From Candidatus Obscuribacterales bacterium (GTDB lineage Bacteria; Cyanobacteriota; Vampirovibrionia; Obscuribacterales; Obscuribacteraceae): 64,000 nucleotides of DNA. The notes under the pieces were generated by a model that saw only the letters and a program-made list of their open reading frames with translations, did not search any database and was not told where the DNA came from. Every line of letters starts with the position of its first letter. The first letter of the stretch is position 1. Below, one piece after another: positions 39,596-49,584 of the stretch. The translations under genes and the position numbers were made by a program. Where the stretch lies: the NCBI GenBank assembly GCA_965228855.1, contig CBDDIJ010000005.1, positions 896,001-960,000 of the forward strand. The letters are read 5' to 3'.

Positions 39596-42163
39596 TTACT
39601 CCGCGCTTCGCTCTTTTCGATCAGTCTGTTTAACATCAAGATGCAGCCTTCGAAGCGTCTCGTCATTTGGCAAAAGCCGCTGCATCATCGACTTAATTTC
39701 ATCAGTGAAATCGTCAACATCATAGAGGTATTGAAGGTCATCTATTCTGTCAGCAGGCGTAATGCTTGCTAAGCATTTCCGTGAATTCTTCGTATCTCCA
39801 AGTCGCTCATACACCACGGCTCTTAGGAGCTTTCGGACAAATTTGTCATACTCTCCGTCCAGCTGCCCGACTTGGAGTAGATCCTTCTTCGCTTCGGCAT
39901 TCCGTCCGAGCTTCTCTAACAGAGTGGATCGAAGAAGAAGACTGTATGGTGTTCGACCATTTTGAAGAGCGATCCTTCTATCCACGCAATCCAACGCTGA
40001 TTGAACTTTATTTAGACTCAGTAAAATTTTGATCTCCAGATAATACGCTGTTGACTCAAGTGGATTGAGGACATGAACCCTTCGAAGATCGCTCAAAGCG
40101 GCGAAAGGACGCCCCACTTTCACAAAACAATCTGCTCTTCTCAGAAGCGTCCAAATCTCATCTGGATCAAGATCAGAATCCCGTGAGTAGCTTGCTATCG
40201 CCTCCTCAAACTTGTTCAATCGCTCGTATGCGTCGCCCTGCCGATAGAAGAGACACGATAGATCATCTTTATCTTTCGGGTCAGTCTTTCTTATCGAAAG
40301 AGTGGTGAGCTCAATTACCTTCTGATAATCCTTTATGTCGCGATAGCCATTTAAGCAAGCCCTGAGATACGGCTTATCTACGGGAGTTCTCGATACAAGA
40401 TTTTCGAGAAGAGTCTTTCGCAAAGCTGTTCCGAAGCCAATTGGAAGGTCCGAGGTCCTTCTCAGCACCGCAGGGATAAAAATATAATCTCCTACGATGG
40501 GGCACGATAGAAGCACGACGACCACGGCAAGTGAAGTCGCAAGGGATGACCAGACCATTAGACCTAGATTACTAAAGCGATCTTTCCGCTTTTTGTCGAA
40601 CAGTCCTTGGCCAGCGCTAACCAAAGCGACGACACTGCATACTGTGCTAAATAAGAATCCCAGGATAATTGTCGGTTCAACAAAAGTAGCCTGAATATTT
40701 GCTTTCTCAATATCAAACCTATGCTCAAGCGTAAAAGCTGGTGCTATCACCAGTGGTATCAAGCTAAGAAACCCAAGCGAGCAAAATAACAACGAGTTTA
40801 TAGTCCACGCACTTTCTCGTTCCATTTTTGCCCGCAGCGCAGCCTTTAAGAACAGTGCAAATCCTGCGCAGAATGCGCTGAATATAGTAAGCACTTGGGC
40901 TAGGGCTATCATCAAGGTGTCCGACTTTGAATCGACGGAAAACAAGGCTATGCTTGTCGCAAGCGGCATAATGAGAGCCATGGCGACCAACGCAAAGCGC
41001 CCCGATTTCTTAAGACTGGAAGTCTTAACTTGGACTATGTAGTTGGTCTGCGGATGCTTCTCGGTCTTTACCGACGTCAGTGCCTTCAATATCTCGGTCA
41101 CTGCCTGCGGACGATCAATTTGTTGTTTTTCTAAACAGCTCAAAGCGATTGCTTCAAGCGCTTTCATCGTGGAGGAACTATCAAGTCTTGTAAATCCGGT
41201 AGGCTCACTATTCATGTGGTTAATCACCAACTGAATTGCGTTGGCGTCCACGAAAGGCGGTCTACCGCTTAGAGTCTCGTACATCAAGCAGCCCAAAGAA
41301 TAGATGTCGGAACGTTGATCAAGCAAAAAACCGAGACATTGTTCCGGACTCATATACTGGGGACTTCCAAAGACTTCGCCAGTTTTAGTTAGGTCGCACG
41401 TCTCGCGTTTATCCGAAGCAATCGTTTTAGCAATGCCAAAATCCACGACACGCACGACTTCATCCTCTCCGTTAAGCGCTCTCGATATGAGTATGTTGGA
41501 GGGTTTGATGTCGCGATGAATTATGTCGTGTTCGTGCGCATGAGAAAGCGCTTCGCAGATTTGAGTAAAAATATTTATAGCACGTCGCTCTAAAAGCGAG
41601 CCTTCACGCTCGATGATATCGGCGAGACTCTCGCCATCAACGTAGTCCATCAACAGATAAGGGCAGCCGGATTCGGTTGTGCCGTGCGAATAAACAGGTA
41701 CCAAATTCGGATGGTTAAGCTTAGCCGCGGCCGCCGCTTCCTGCTCGAAACGTTTCAGTGCCGCTGCATCTTCGCTCAGTGGTCGATGAAGGAGTTTTAG
41801 TGCGAAAATAGTTTTGGTTTCTTCGTCGACAACTTTGTAGACGGTTCCCATTCCACCCTTGCCCAGCAGTTTAAGAACTTTGAAACGATTCGCAATTTTC
41901 TCCCCAGGAAGTGGGGAAAGCGTGTCTCGGGGTTCTTGTGGAGGGCTTTGTACATCCGGTTGCTCGCTGTCCGCATCGACAGTTTGCGAAGAAGAAGAAG
42001 AAGAAGAAGAAGAACACTCATCTGCACAATCCGAAACAGAGCATCGACAGTCTCCAAGTTTAAAAATCCATCCAGATTCTTCATCACCAGTCTTTGAAAG
42101 ACGTGCCTGAGTCGAGCACTTCTTGCAGTTGGTTTTGGATCTTAAGCTGTGACGTTTGAACAC
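39596..42163 (-). CDS. Ser/Thr kinase with a Cys-rich N-terminus, about five TM helices and C-terminal TPRs
   Basis: CKKC...CRC; GKGGMG, ALK, HRDIKPSN, DFG, GSPQYMSPE; TM block; TPRs (YRQGDAYERLNKFEEAIASY). Confidence 0.92.
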   Translation of the reverse strand: MFKRHSLRSKTNCKKCSTQARLSKTGDEESGWIFKLGDCRCSVSDCADECSSSSSSSSSQTVDADSEQPDVQSPPQEPRDTLSPLPGEKIANRFKVLKLLGKGGMGTVYKVVDEETKTIFALKLLHRPLSEDAAALKRFEQEAAAAAKLNHPNLVPVYSHGTTESGCPYLLMDYVDGESLADIIEREGSLLERRAINIFTQICEALSHAHEHDIIHRDIKPSNILISRALNGEDEVVRVVDFGIAKTIASDKRETCDLTKTGEVFGSPQYMSPEQCLGFLLDQRSDIYSLGCLMYETLSGRPPFVDANAIQLVINHMNSEPTGFTRLDSSSTMKALEAIALSCLEKQQIDRPQAVTEILKALTSVKTEKHPQTNYIVQVKTSSLKKSGRFALVAMALIMPLATSIALFSVDSKSDTLMIALAQVLTIFSAFCAGFALFLKAALRAKMERESAWTINSLLFCSLGFLSLIPLVIAPAFTLEHRFDIEKANIQATFVEPTIILGFLFSTVCSVVALVSAGQGLFDKKRKDRFSNLGLMVWSSLATSLAVVVVLLSCPIVGDYIFIPAVLRRTSDLPIGFGTALRKTLLENLVSRTPVDKPYLRACLNGYRDIKDYQKVIELTTLSIRKTDPKDKDDLSCLFYRQGDAYERLNKFEEAIASYSRDSDLDPDEIWTLLRRADCFVKVGRPFAALSDLRRVHVLNPLESTAYYLEIKILLSLNKVQSALDCVDRRIALQNGRTPYSLLLRSTLLEKLGRNAEAKKDLLQVGQLDGEYDKFVRKLLRAVVYERLGDTKNSRKCLASITPADRIDDLQYLYDVDDFTDEIKSMMQRLLPNDETLRRLHLDVKQTDRKERSAE
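41988..42014 (+). repeat. (GAA)9 microsatellite encoding poly-Ser in the kinase
   Basis: Direct count of GAA units. Confidence 0.9.
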
Positions 42164-42262
42164 GCTTCTGAACTGGTCGCATATGGATACTAATCTAGAC
42201 TATCATCCCAGTCCCAGTACAGCCTGGTTTCAGCCGTACAAACACCATAGTCAACACGATAA

Positions 42263-42290
42263 TGACATCGAGCTGACAGCCATTTGACAG
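42263..42290 (-). promoter_or_regulatory. Three TGTCA half-sites at an 11-bp period (Pho-box-like) upstream of the kinase
   Basis: TGACA at 42263, 42274, 42285; the minus strand reads CTGTCAAATGG-CTGTCAGCTCG-ATGTCAT. Confidence 0.5.
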
Positions 42291-42363
42291 ACTCTAGTAA
42301 AACGTCTTGACTGTCCGATACTATCATGATCGCGGACTCAACGAAGTTATAAAGCCCGCATCC

Positions 42364-43386
42364 TCAGTCAAGCTTTATGCTGCTGCGATGAAATCGTCCA
42401 ACGACGTTGGGGTCAGGATATAGTCTTATCTTCGTGCTCTTGCCAGGGTACTCGAACAAACTCAAAACATATCGAATACTTTCGAGACGCGCCATTTTTT
42501 TATCGTTGGCTCTCACAATGATCCATGGGCTGAAGGACGTATGCGTCTTACTGAACATGTCTTCTTTGTATTCGGTGTACTCGTCCCATAGTTCCTGTGC
42601 GGTATCATCGATAGGACTGAGCTTCCACTGTTTAAGCGGATTGGATCGCCGCGATTCGAATCTCTTTTCCTGCTCGTCTCTGGAGATAGAAAACCAGAAT
42701 TTGATGATTCGCATTCCGTCTTCGTTCAGCATGTGTTCGAACTCGGGAACTTGCTGCATAAATCGTTTGTATTCAGCGTTTGTGCAAAAACCATTTACCG
42801 GCTCGACAACTGCGCGGTTGTACCAGCTGCGATCGAAGAAAACAATTTCTCCTTTATTCGGCAATTGTTTCGCGTATCGCTGGAAATACCACTGTCCGCG
42901 TTCTTCGTCGGTTGGCTTAGGAAGCGCCACAACGCGCATTGCTCTTGGATTTAGGTGCTCAATGAATCGTCGAATAGTCCCGCCCTTGCCAGCGGCATCA
43001 CGCCCCTCCGTGAGAATGGCTATTCTCTCACCGGATTCCTGAACCCAGCGCTGAAGTTTAACTAGCTCAACCTGAAGTTGAACGAGTTCATTCTCATAGC
43101 GCAGAGTCGACATAACATCTTTCAGTTTGATGTTTTTCTGCCGAAGCAACTCAACCAATCCACGATTGTTATTGATCAGGAGCAAGTCTTCGTGGGTCAG
43201 CTTATCCTCTGAGCGTTGAATAGATTGCTTGATTTTAGGTTTTGGAGTCCTTCCATTCGATTCCGCAAGTGCAAGAGGGCTACTCTTCATCTCTGGTGCA
43301 TCGCCATTGGAATCAACAGGTTGAGCCACCTTCACCATTCGCTTTCGAGGAGTCTTAGCTTTCATAGAATCGTTCCGTTTTGCCAT
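42364..43386 (-). CDS. ppk2: Polyphosphate kinase 2
   Basis: EGRDAAGKGG, QWYFQRY, FDRSWYNR, LKQWKLSP. Confidence 0.97.
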   Translation of the reverse strand: MAKRNDSMKAKTPRKRMVKVAQPVDSNGDAPEMKSSPLALAESNGRTPKPKIKQSIQRSEDKLTHEDLLLINNNRGLVELLRQKNIKLKDVMSTLRYENELVQLQVELVKLQRWVQESGERIAILTEGRDAAGKGGTIRRFIEHLNPRAMRVVALPKPTDEERGQWYFQRYAKQLPNKGEIVFFDRSWYNRAVVEPVNGFCTNAEYKRFMQQVPEFEHMLNEDGMRIIKFWFSISRDEQEKRFESRRSNPLKQWKLSPIDDTAQELWDEYTEYKEDMFSKTHTSFSPWIIVRANDKKMARLESIRYVLSLFEYPGKSTKIRLYPDPNVVGRFHRSSIKLD

Positions 43387-43566
43387 ATATTGAAATTACA
43401 ATATTCCACGCCTGGCAGATTTTGTTGCACTCTCGTCGCGTAGTTACGTAGATCGTCGTTTATTTACGCTTTGTAGCGACGTATAATGGCAATTGGCGCT
43501 GCCAGAAATCATTAATGAAACCGCTGATAATGATTCTGTGAGCAGGACAGCGTTACTGAGGCGAAA

Positions 43567-44238
43567 ATGGTCAAGATCTTATTGGCAGAGGATGACAGAG
43601 CTCTGGGTGAAACCATTGTCGATGTTCTGCAGCGTGAGAATCATTTTGTGGATTGGGAAACCGACGGCAGTTCCGCGTTAGAATTTCTAAAATCCTATCA
43701 GTACGAACTAATAATTCTCGATTGGGAAATGCCGAGCATGACAGGCATTGAAGTTTGCAATGCTTATCGGAATGAAGGCGGCAAATCTCCAGTTCTGTTT
43801 CTCACCCAACGCAGCTCGATCGCTGATAAAGTCACCGGATTTGGTGTCGGCGCCGATGACTATCTTCCAAAGCCTTTCGTAATGAAAGAATTGATACTGC
43901 GCGTCCAGGCACTTTTGCGCAGACCACAAAATCTCGTTAACACGGTGATTGCATCAGGCGACCTCAGTTTAAATTTGGAAACTCGCGAATTCACACGCAA
44001 CGGTAATCCAATTAAATTGTCGCCGATCGAATTCTCGCTCATGGAATTGTTTCTCAAAAATCCAGGCGTAGTTTTCAGTAATGATGCGCTTCTCGATCGT
44101 GTATGGCCGAGTTCCTCCGATCGCTCGCCGTACACTTTGAGAAACTATATGAGAAGACTACGACTGAAGATTTACGCTGAATCAGAAGACCCCAAGATTC
44201 GCACCGTCCATGGTGTCGGTTACAAATTCGACCAATAA
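43567..44238 (+). CDS. OmpR/PhoB-family response regulator
   Basis: LLAEDD, ILDWEMP, GADDYLPKPF, winged-helix IRTVHGVGY. Confidence 0.96.
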   Translation: MVKILLAEDDRALGETIVDVLQRENHFVDWETDGSSALEFLKSYQYELIILDWEMPSMTGIEVCNAYRNEGGKSPVLFLTQRSSIADKVTGFGVGADDYLPKPFVMKELILRVQALLRRPQNLVNTVIASGDLSLNLETREFTRNGNPIKLSPIEFSLMELFLKNPGVVFSNDALLDRVWPSSSDRSPYTLRNYMRRLRLKIYAESEDPKIRTVHGVGYKFDQ

Positions 44239-44246
44239 AAAGCTCA

Positions 44247-44272
44247 TCGGGGTCCTCTAATGAGAACCCCGA
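44247..44272. terminator. Hairpin between convergent genes
   Basis: TCGGGGT-C-CTC-TAAT-GAG-A-ACCCCGA. Confidence 0.55.
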
Positions 44273-44295
44273 CAAACACACTCAGTCAGGTAAAT

Positions 44296-44802
44296 TTAAC
44301 GAGGATTTCGACGCCCTGCCGGACCTTGACGTTCGTGATCGATCAATTCGAGATCAGGCAACAAGGGTGACAGTTCCTTGCCGGATCTGGACTCATGCTC
44401 TTGCAATGTGTTTCTGATTGCTGTGTTTCCTCTTTCGCGACCGGCTTTGCCTTCACGTCCTTCGAGACCTTGCCCGTGAGGCGTTCCCCAGGCGGCATCT
44501 ACCGGCGGCTGTTTTTCCGCGGCACTCTCTTTCCCGCCCTCAGCCTTCGGCTCTTTGTTATTATCTTTTGGCGGGTCTAGCGGATTTTTACCCGGACCTT
44601 CGCATCCTTTCTGCAAGGGGTTTTCTCCACAATCAAGGAAATTAGGTGCGCGCGACTCGCCCTTGCCACCAGGGGTTGGAAATTGTTTTGCCCACAGTTC
44701 CTGGACCTCGAGTGTCAGGTTCTCGATAGCAGGCGTCGTGTTATAGGCGTTGTCAGGTCTGGCTGTTTGGCTCTCGAAGGCATCGAATCTATTATTTGTC
44801 AT
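44296..44802 (-). CDS. Hypothetical disordered protein
   Basis: 168-aa ORF, AAGGA upstream of the ATG, preceded by a copy of the conserved promoter box. Confidence 0.7.
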   Translation of the reverse strand: MTNNRFDAFESQTARPDNAYNTTPAIENLTLEVQELWAKQFPTPGGKGESRAPNFLDCGENPLQKGCEGPGKNPLDPPKDNNKEPKAEGGKESAAEKQPPVDAAWGTPHGQGLEGREGKAGRERGNTAIRNTLQEHESRSGKELSPLLPDLELIDHERQGPAGRRNPR

Positions 44803-44882
44803 TTGCGAAATTCCTTAGTGAGGGGATGGTAAATGCGGTCAATTGCGAGTGTGGTGCGGTGCGTCAATTGCCGAACGTTTTC

Positions 44883-44914
44883 ATCTTAGGCGTCACTTAT
44901 AACAAATTTGCACC
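44883..44914 (-). promoter_or_regulatory. Conserved box plus -10 element (copy 4)
   Basis: Minus strand GGTGCAAATTTGTTAT-AAGTGACGCC-TAAGAT; 15/18 match to the 58549 box with identical spacing. Confidence 0.6.
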
Positions 44915-44968
44915 ACCCAGATTCTTGCCCCGAAGTGGCATAATAATCTAGCTCCTGGGGGTTTTCCG

Positions 44969-47140
44969 GTGCCAAATCGATCTTCGATGGCTCAAAAAGG
45001 ATTTCTGGCCGTTCTCATACTTGTAGTATCGGAACTCTGCTTCGTATCGGTCCTCACCTTCGAATTACACTCGCTGCAAGACCAGCTTGAGAAGGAGCGC
45101 CACGCGCGTCAGATAGTAGAACATCTCAATCGATTTACGAGCGCCGCCCAGAAAACCGTTGCAGAGATTTTGAAAGCACTGCCTGTGGCGCAGCAGGTGC
45201 GTGAGGACCTTGGACTGGGGATGTTCAAAGATCAGCTTGCCCTTATGAGGCAGGAGATGCGTGTCCTGAACACACTGCTAAAAGACGATGCCAATTCGCT
45301 GCGATTATTGAGACAACTTGAGGTGGCTACGGCAGAGGAAGAGAGCTCATTCGAATTCCTGCTCAGCGTACCGCACGGGAGCATTGACCAAGCGATGCTC
45401 GCGCCCATGAACTCGTCAGGTGAAAAGCTCACGAGTGTTTGCGACAAGCTGCTACAAAAGTATCAGCGAAGAGACGACGTCACCTCAGTTACCGAGCAAT
45501 CGCTGCAACGGGTCAAGATCACGCTTGCGGTGGGGATTTTGATCGGGCTCGTGGCGAACTTGCTGGCAATTATGTTTTTCATGAGAAAGGTAGCAAGAAG
45601 AGTTTCTCTCATTGCAGACAATATGTCGCGTTTTGCACGCAAGGAAGAACTGCTGCCAGTGCAGCAAGACAACGACGAAATTGGAGATATCGATAAAGCC
45701 TTTCATCGACTTGCAGAGGCGCTCGCAACCGCAGCCGAGCAGGAGCGAATGTTGATAGAGAATGCTACCGATGTTGTTTGTTCAATTGATACGAGAGGAG
45801 TTTTCTTGACCGTAAGCCAGGCTGCCAGCCTGCAATGGGGATATTCGCCGGAAAGATTGATTGGTGAGAACATTGAGGTTTTGCTTCCAGAGGGCTTGAG
45901 TGATCAATTTGAAAAACTGAATGCGCGTATCGCTGAAGAGTCTGACTTGAGTTTTGAAGCGCGGTTAACGAGAAAAGATAATGTCGTTATAGATACTCTG
46001 TGGTCAGCGCACTGGTCCCCGTCGGATGGCTCGCTTTTTTGTTGCGTTCGGGACATAACTGAGACGAAACAGATGGACAATATTGTCGCAGCGCGCGAGA
46101 CGCAGTTGCGCACCGCGATTGAGAATATGCCGGTGGGTATCGTCACTGTAGATACGGAAGGGATGATCAAATCCGCCAACAAAATTGGACAAGCGCTTCT
46201 GAGTTTAGAGACTTCATCGCGCAGTCGAACAGTGGCAGACTTTCTAACGCCACTGGACCAGACTACGAAAGTCGAAAACGATTCGCTCCTTCACATAGAG
46301 AGTTCCAGCCCACTACGGTATGCCATTACCGATGGTAGCGAGGGCAAAAAAATATTTGTCGATATAACCTCGGTTCGCTCGCTATATAGATCGGATGAGA
46401 CGTTCATTCTGCTCGATGACGTGACTGAGCGCCATGTACTGGAAATAATGAAAACGAATCTGGTGACCCTGCTTGGCACTACGTTACACAAGCCACTCAT
46501 TGAGGTTCAAACCATCGTTAATGGTCTGATTGACAGGCAAGCATTCGACGAGTCTAGAAGAGCGCGTTTGAAACGCATTGCTAGCAACACTGTTCGTCTG
46601 CTTGGTCTAATCGAACAAATGCTCAATATAGAAAGCCTAGGTGTCGGAAAGCTGATGGGTGCGATGAGTCCCTGTCAGCTTGAAGACGTTGTTTCAGACT
46701 CGGTCGAGTCCACTAGAGATTACTCCGAACAGCAGCGAATCCAACTTGTATGGGATAAGAACGACTGTCATGCCACCGTGCTTGGTGACGCTCAGCGGCT
46801 AGTGCAAGTAGTAATAAATCTAATCAGTAACGCAATTAAGTATTCACCGGCAGATACGACGGTATCGATAACGGTGGTTGATAATTTTCCTGATCTGGAA
46901 ATTAGAATCTCCGATCAGGGAAGGGGCGTGCCAGAAGAGATGCGCGAAGCAATTTTCCAACCTTTCCTACAAACACAATCAAGCGACGGCAGGCGTGGGG
47001 CTGGAACTGGTCTCGGGCTCTCAATTTGCAAGCAGATCGTCGAAGGACACGGCGGCAGAATCGGCGTCGATGGAAAACCGGAAGGAGGGAGCGTCTTCTG
47101 GATTAAGCTACCGAGGCTCAACGGTGGAGTCTCGACATGA
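44969..47140 (+). CDS. Membrane PAS sensor histidine kinase with intact HATPase and an H-box lacking the canonical His
   Basis: TM-sensor-TM-HAMP-PAS-PAS; N box NLISNAIKYS, G1 SDQGRG, G2 GTGLGLSIC; the H box reads LLGTTLHKPL. Confidence 0.9.
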   Translation: MPNRSSMAQKGFLAVLILVVSELCFVSVLTFELHSLQDQLEKERHARQIVEHLNRFTSAAQKTVAEILKALPVAQQVREDLGLGMFKDQLALMRQEMRVLNTLLKDDANSLRLLRQLEVATAEEESSFEFLLSVPHGSIDQAMLAPMNSSGEKLTSVCDKLLQKYQRRDDVTSVTEQSLQRVKITLAVGILIGLVANLLAIMFFMRKVARRVSLIADNMSRFARKEELLPVQQDNDEIGDIDKAFHRLAEALATAAEQERMLIENATDVVCSIDTRGVFLTVSQAASLQWGYSPERLIGENIEVLLPEGLSDQFEKLNARIAEESDLSFEARLTRKDNVVIDTLWSAHWSPSDGSLFCCVRDITETKQMDNIVAARETQLRTAIENMPVGIVTVDTEGMIKSANKIGQALLSLETSSRSRTVADFLTPLDQTTKVENDSLLHIESSSPLRYAITDGSEGKKIFVDITSVRSLYRSDETFILLDDVTERHVLEIMKTNLVTLLGTTLHKPLIEVQTIVNGLIDRQAFDESRRARLKRIASNTVRLLGLIEQMLNIESLGVGKLMGAMSPCQLEDVVSDSVESTRDYSEQQRIQLVWDKNDCHATVLGDAQRLVQVVINLISNAIKYSPADTTVSITVVDNFPDLEIRISDQGRGVPEEMREAIFQPFLQTQSSDGRRGAGTGLGLSICKQIVEGHGGRIGVDGKPEGGSVFWIKLPRLNGGVST

Positions 47141-49416
47141 CATCGAATGCGATACCACCTAAATCTAGCTTGATCAGAAGAGCACTGCTTCTGTTCGTTG
47201 GCATGATTACATTGCAAATCATATATGTCGCAACCGTTTTTACAATGGTCGAGCAGACCAGCTTGCAAGTGGCGGAGCAGCAGCAGGCGAGACGAGCGCT
47301 CAGCAGCATTGGACGCTTAATGCGAAGCGTGCAGGATTTGATCATCTGCATGGGCAGGGGAGAGATACTTGGCGCCGAGGGGAGCGAAGTTCAGTACCTT
47401 GGACTTCTCGAATCCTTAAATAGAGAGCTTCGCTCGTTAAAAACCACCCTCGCAAACAAATCTCAATATGCCCACACAATCGCCGAGATCGAAACGACGT
47501 GTCAAGCAATTCCCGAAATCTACGAGGAACTGCACGGAAAGAAAAATGGACACGGACACGAGCGAGGGCGAAAAAAACGGCGCAGGAAAAGGCTCCGAGA
47601 ATCACTCAGATTTCACATGGAAGACAAGGTCATGATTATGGGCAAGTCTGACATAGAGTGGTTACGCGTTTATATGTCGGCGAGCGAGGTACTTGCTCGA
47701 TTGGAAGCAATTCAGGCAGACTACAGACAAGTCGAGAAAGAAGCGCAGGAGCATCTGAAGTTTCAATCGAGCTTGCTGTTCAATGCCGCTTTGTTTATGG
47801 GTTTCGCTGCAACAGTATTGGTCGCGTTTCTTCTCTACCACATCTTTATCTCTGGAATCGTTGCGCGACTTCGCATGATTACCAATTCTCTGGATGACAT
47901 TGCCGACGGAAAGACTTTGCAAGACAGGTCATCTGTTGAAGCAGACAGCGCTTCTGATGAGGTCGGACACCTGGCGTTTGAACTGCAGTCGATGGAACGA
48001 GCTCTGCGCAACATCCGAAGTAAGGAAAAGACATTGCTCGAGAATGCCGCAAGTTGTATTTGTTCGATCGACGAACATGGCAAATTTGTGAAGGTCAGCC
48101 AGGCGAGTACGATTCTATGGGGTGTTGCTCCGGATGAATTGCTCGGCTCAGCGTTGATTGATTTGGTAGAAAAGGATGATGTTGATTATGTGGATGAGAA
48201 ACTGAATGAACTCTTTCGCACCCGGCGGCCGGTGACGTTCGAATGTCGAGTACGGCAGTCCGAAGGCGCGGGCGTTGAGTTCGCATGGACTGCCAGTCTT
48301 GCAACAGATCAGAATCTCGCTGTCTGTGTCGCACACGATGTCACTAACCGCAACGAAATACTTCGCCAGATCAAGCAAAGGGAAACTGAATTCCGAGCCA
48401 TGGTTGATTGCATGCCAATTGCGCTTATCACCTGCGATCAACTGAATGCGATTTCTTCAATCAATCCAGCCACGCAGAGGATGCTTAAATACAGCCCTCA
48501 GGATTTACTAGGGAAGAAGCTGAGTACACTTCTGTTCGGTGGCACCAAATCCGGTGTGGCTACAAATGAGCAGATGAACGAGGTGCTAGCGACGGCAGAG
48601 AAGCACACGATCGAATTGCTGGTTTCCAAAGCAGATGGAAGCCGGCTGCCCGTTGAGTTCTCCTCTAGCCAGTACGAACTGCACGATTCGCGCGTGCGCC
48701 TGGCGACTTTCAAAGACGTCTCTGCCAGATTCGAAATCGAGACGGGCAAGAAGGAACTCGTAGCCATGATCAGTCACGACTTGCGATCGCCATTGACCGC
48801 AATTCACTGCACGCTAGAGCTACTCGGGTGCGATAGGAAGAGAACTTCCGACGAGGACCTGAAGAACGCTGAGGATGTTTCACGAGCTGAAAAGATTGTC
48901 TTCTCAATAGTGAATGTTTTGAACGATTTTCTGGACCTTGAAAAATTTCAGGCCGGACTGGTTGCGCTGGAGCTGGATGAACTAGCGATATCTGAGTTGA
49001 TGAGTGAGCTACAAGAGGAACTCGGTTCCAGGGATAAACCGGTGCATTTCTCATTCGACCAAGATGCTGAGGTTTTAGAAACTCGTGTGAAAGTTGATTT
49101 TTCACGGGTGTTATTCGCGCTGTCGACAATCATTCCTGTCATCGACTGCTTTAGCGAAAAAACTCTCGAACTCGAAATTGCGCGGTCTGGCGATCAAATT
49201 CATATGGTGATCAAAAATGGCAACATCCCAGAACACATCGAGAACGCGTTCCAGTCGCCTTACGTGTTTCTTTCGGACGCGGAGCTGAATGGCGTTGTCT
49301 CAAGCGGTCTTAGTCTGAGTCTGTCTCGTGCGATCATCGGAGCCCACACAGGTTTGATGCGCATCGACCGAAAGAATCGGGATTGTCGGCTCGAAGTTTC
49401 TCTACCGATAGCTTGA
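47137..49416 (+). CDS. Membrane PAS sensor kinase-like protein with intact H-box and degenerate HATPase
   Basis: Same architecture; MISHDLRSPL intact; the N/G1/G2 positions read ALSTIIPVID, IKNGNI, SSGLSLSLS; ATGA overlap with the upstream kinase. Confidence 0.88.
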   Translation: MTSNAIPPKSSLIRRALLLFVGMITLQIIYVATVFTMVEQTSLQVAEQQQARRALSSIGRLMRSVQDLIICMGRGEILGAEGSEVQYLGLLESLNRELRSLKTTLANKSQYAHTIAEIETTCQAIPEIYEELHGKKNGHGHERGRKKRRRKRLRESLRFHMEDKVMIMGKSDIEWLRVYMSASEVLARLEAIQADYRQVEKEAQEHLKFQSSLLFNAALFMGFAATVLVAFLLYHIFISGIVARLRMITNSLDDIADGKTLQDRSSVEADSASDEVGHLAFELQSMERALRNIRSKEKTLLENAASCICSIDEHGKFVKVSQASTILWGVAPDELLGSALIDLVEKDDVDYVDEKLNELFRTRRPVTFECRVRQSEGAGVEFAWTASLATDQNLAVCVAHDVTNRNEILRQIKQRETEFRAMVDCMPIALITCDQLNAISSINPATQRMLKYSPQDLLGKKLSTLLFGGTKSGVATNEQMNEVLATAEKHTIELLVSKADGSRLPVEFSSSQYELHDSRVRLATFKDVSARFEIETGKKELVAMISHDLRSPLTAIHCTLELLGCDRKRTSDEDLKNAEDVSRAEKIVFSIVNVLNDFLDLEKFQAGLVALELDELAISELMSELQEELGSRDKPVHFSFDQDAEVLETRVKVDFSRVLFALSTIIPVIDCFSEKTLELEIARSGDQIHMVIKNGNIPEHIENAFQSPYVFLSDAELNGVVSSGLSLSLSRAIIGAHTGLMRIDRKNRDCRLEVSLPIA

Positions 49417-49584
49417 CCACCGCATTCAAAGTGCCTACAGGCGACCGCGCAGTGCGCTCTATTCGGTTTTGATAGCATATTTTTTTGTTCGTAATGTAGC
49501 GCAGGGATATCCATTACGTTCCAATGGGTCCTACAGGGCTACGAGCTTGCCGCATTGAATCTCTAATGCTGACGACCTGGGATA

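Noticed and set aside
43387..43535. Palindromes ATATTG-N6-CAATAT and AATCATTA...TAATGATT (Fur-like half site) between ppk2 and the regulator
   Set aside because: Short, AT-rich and single-copy; insufficient to assign a regulator.
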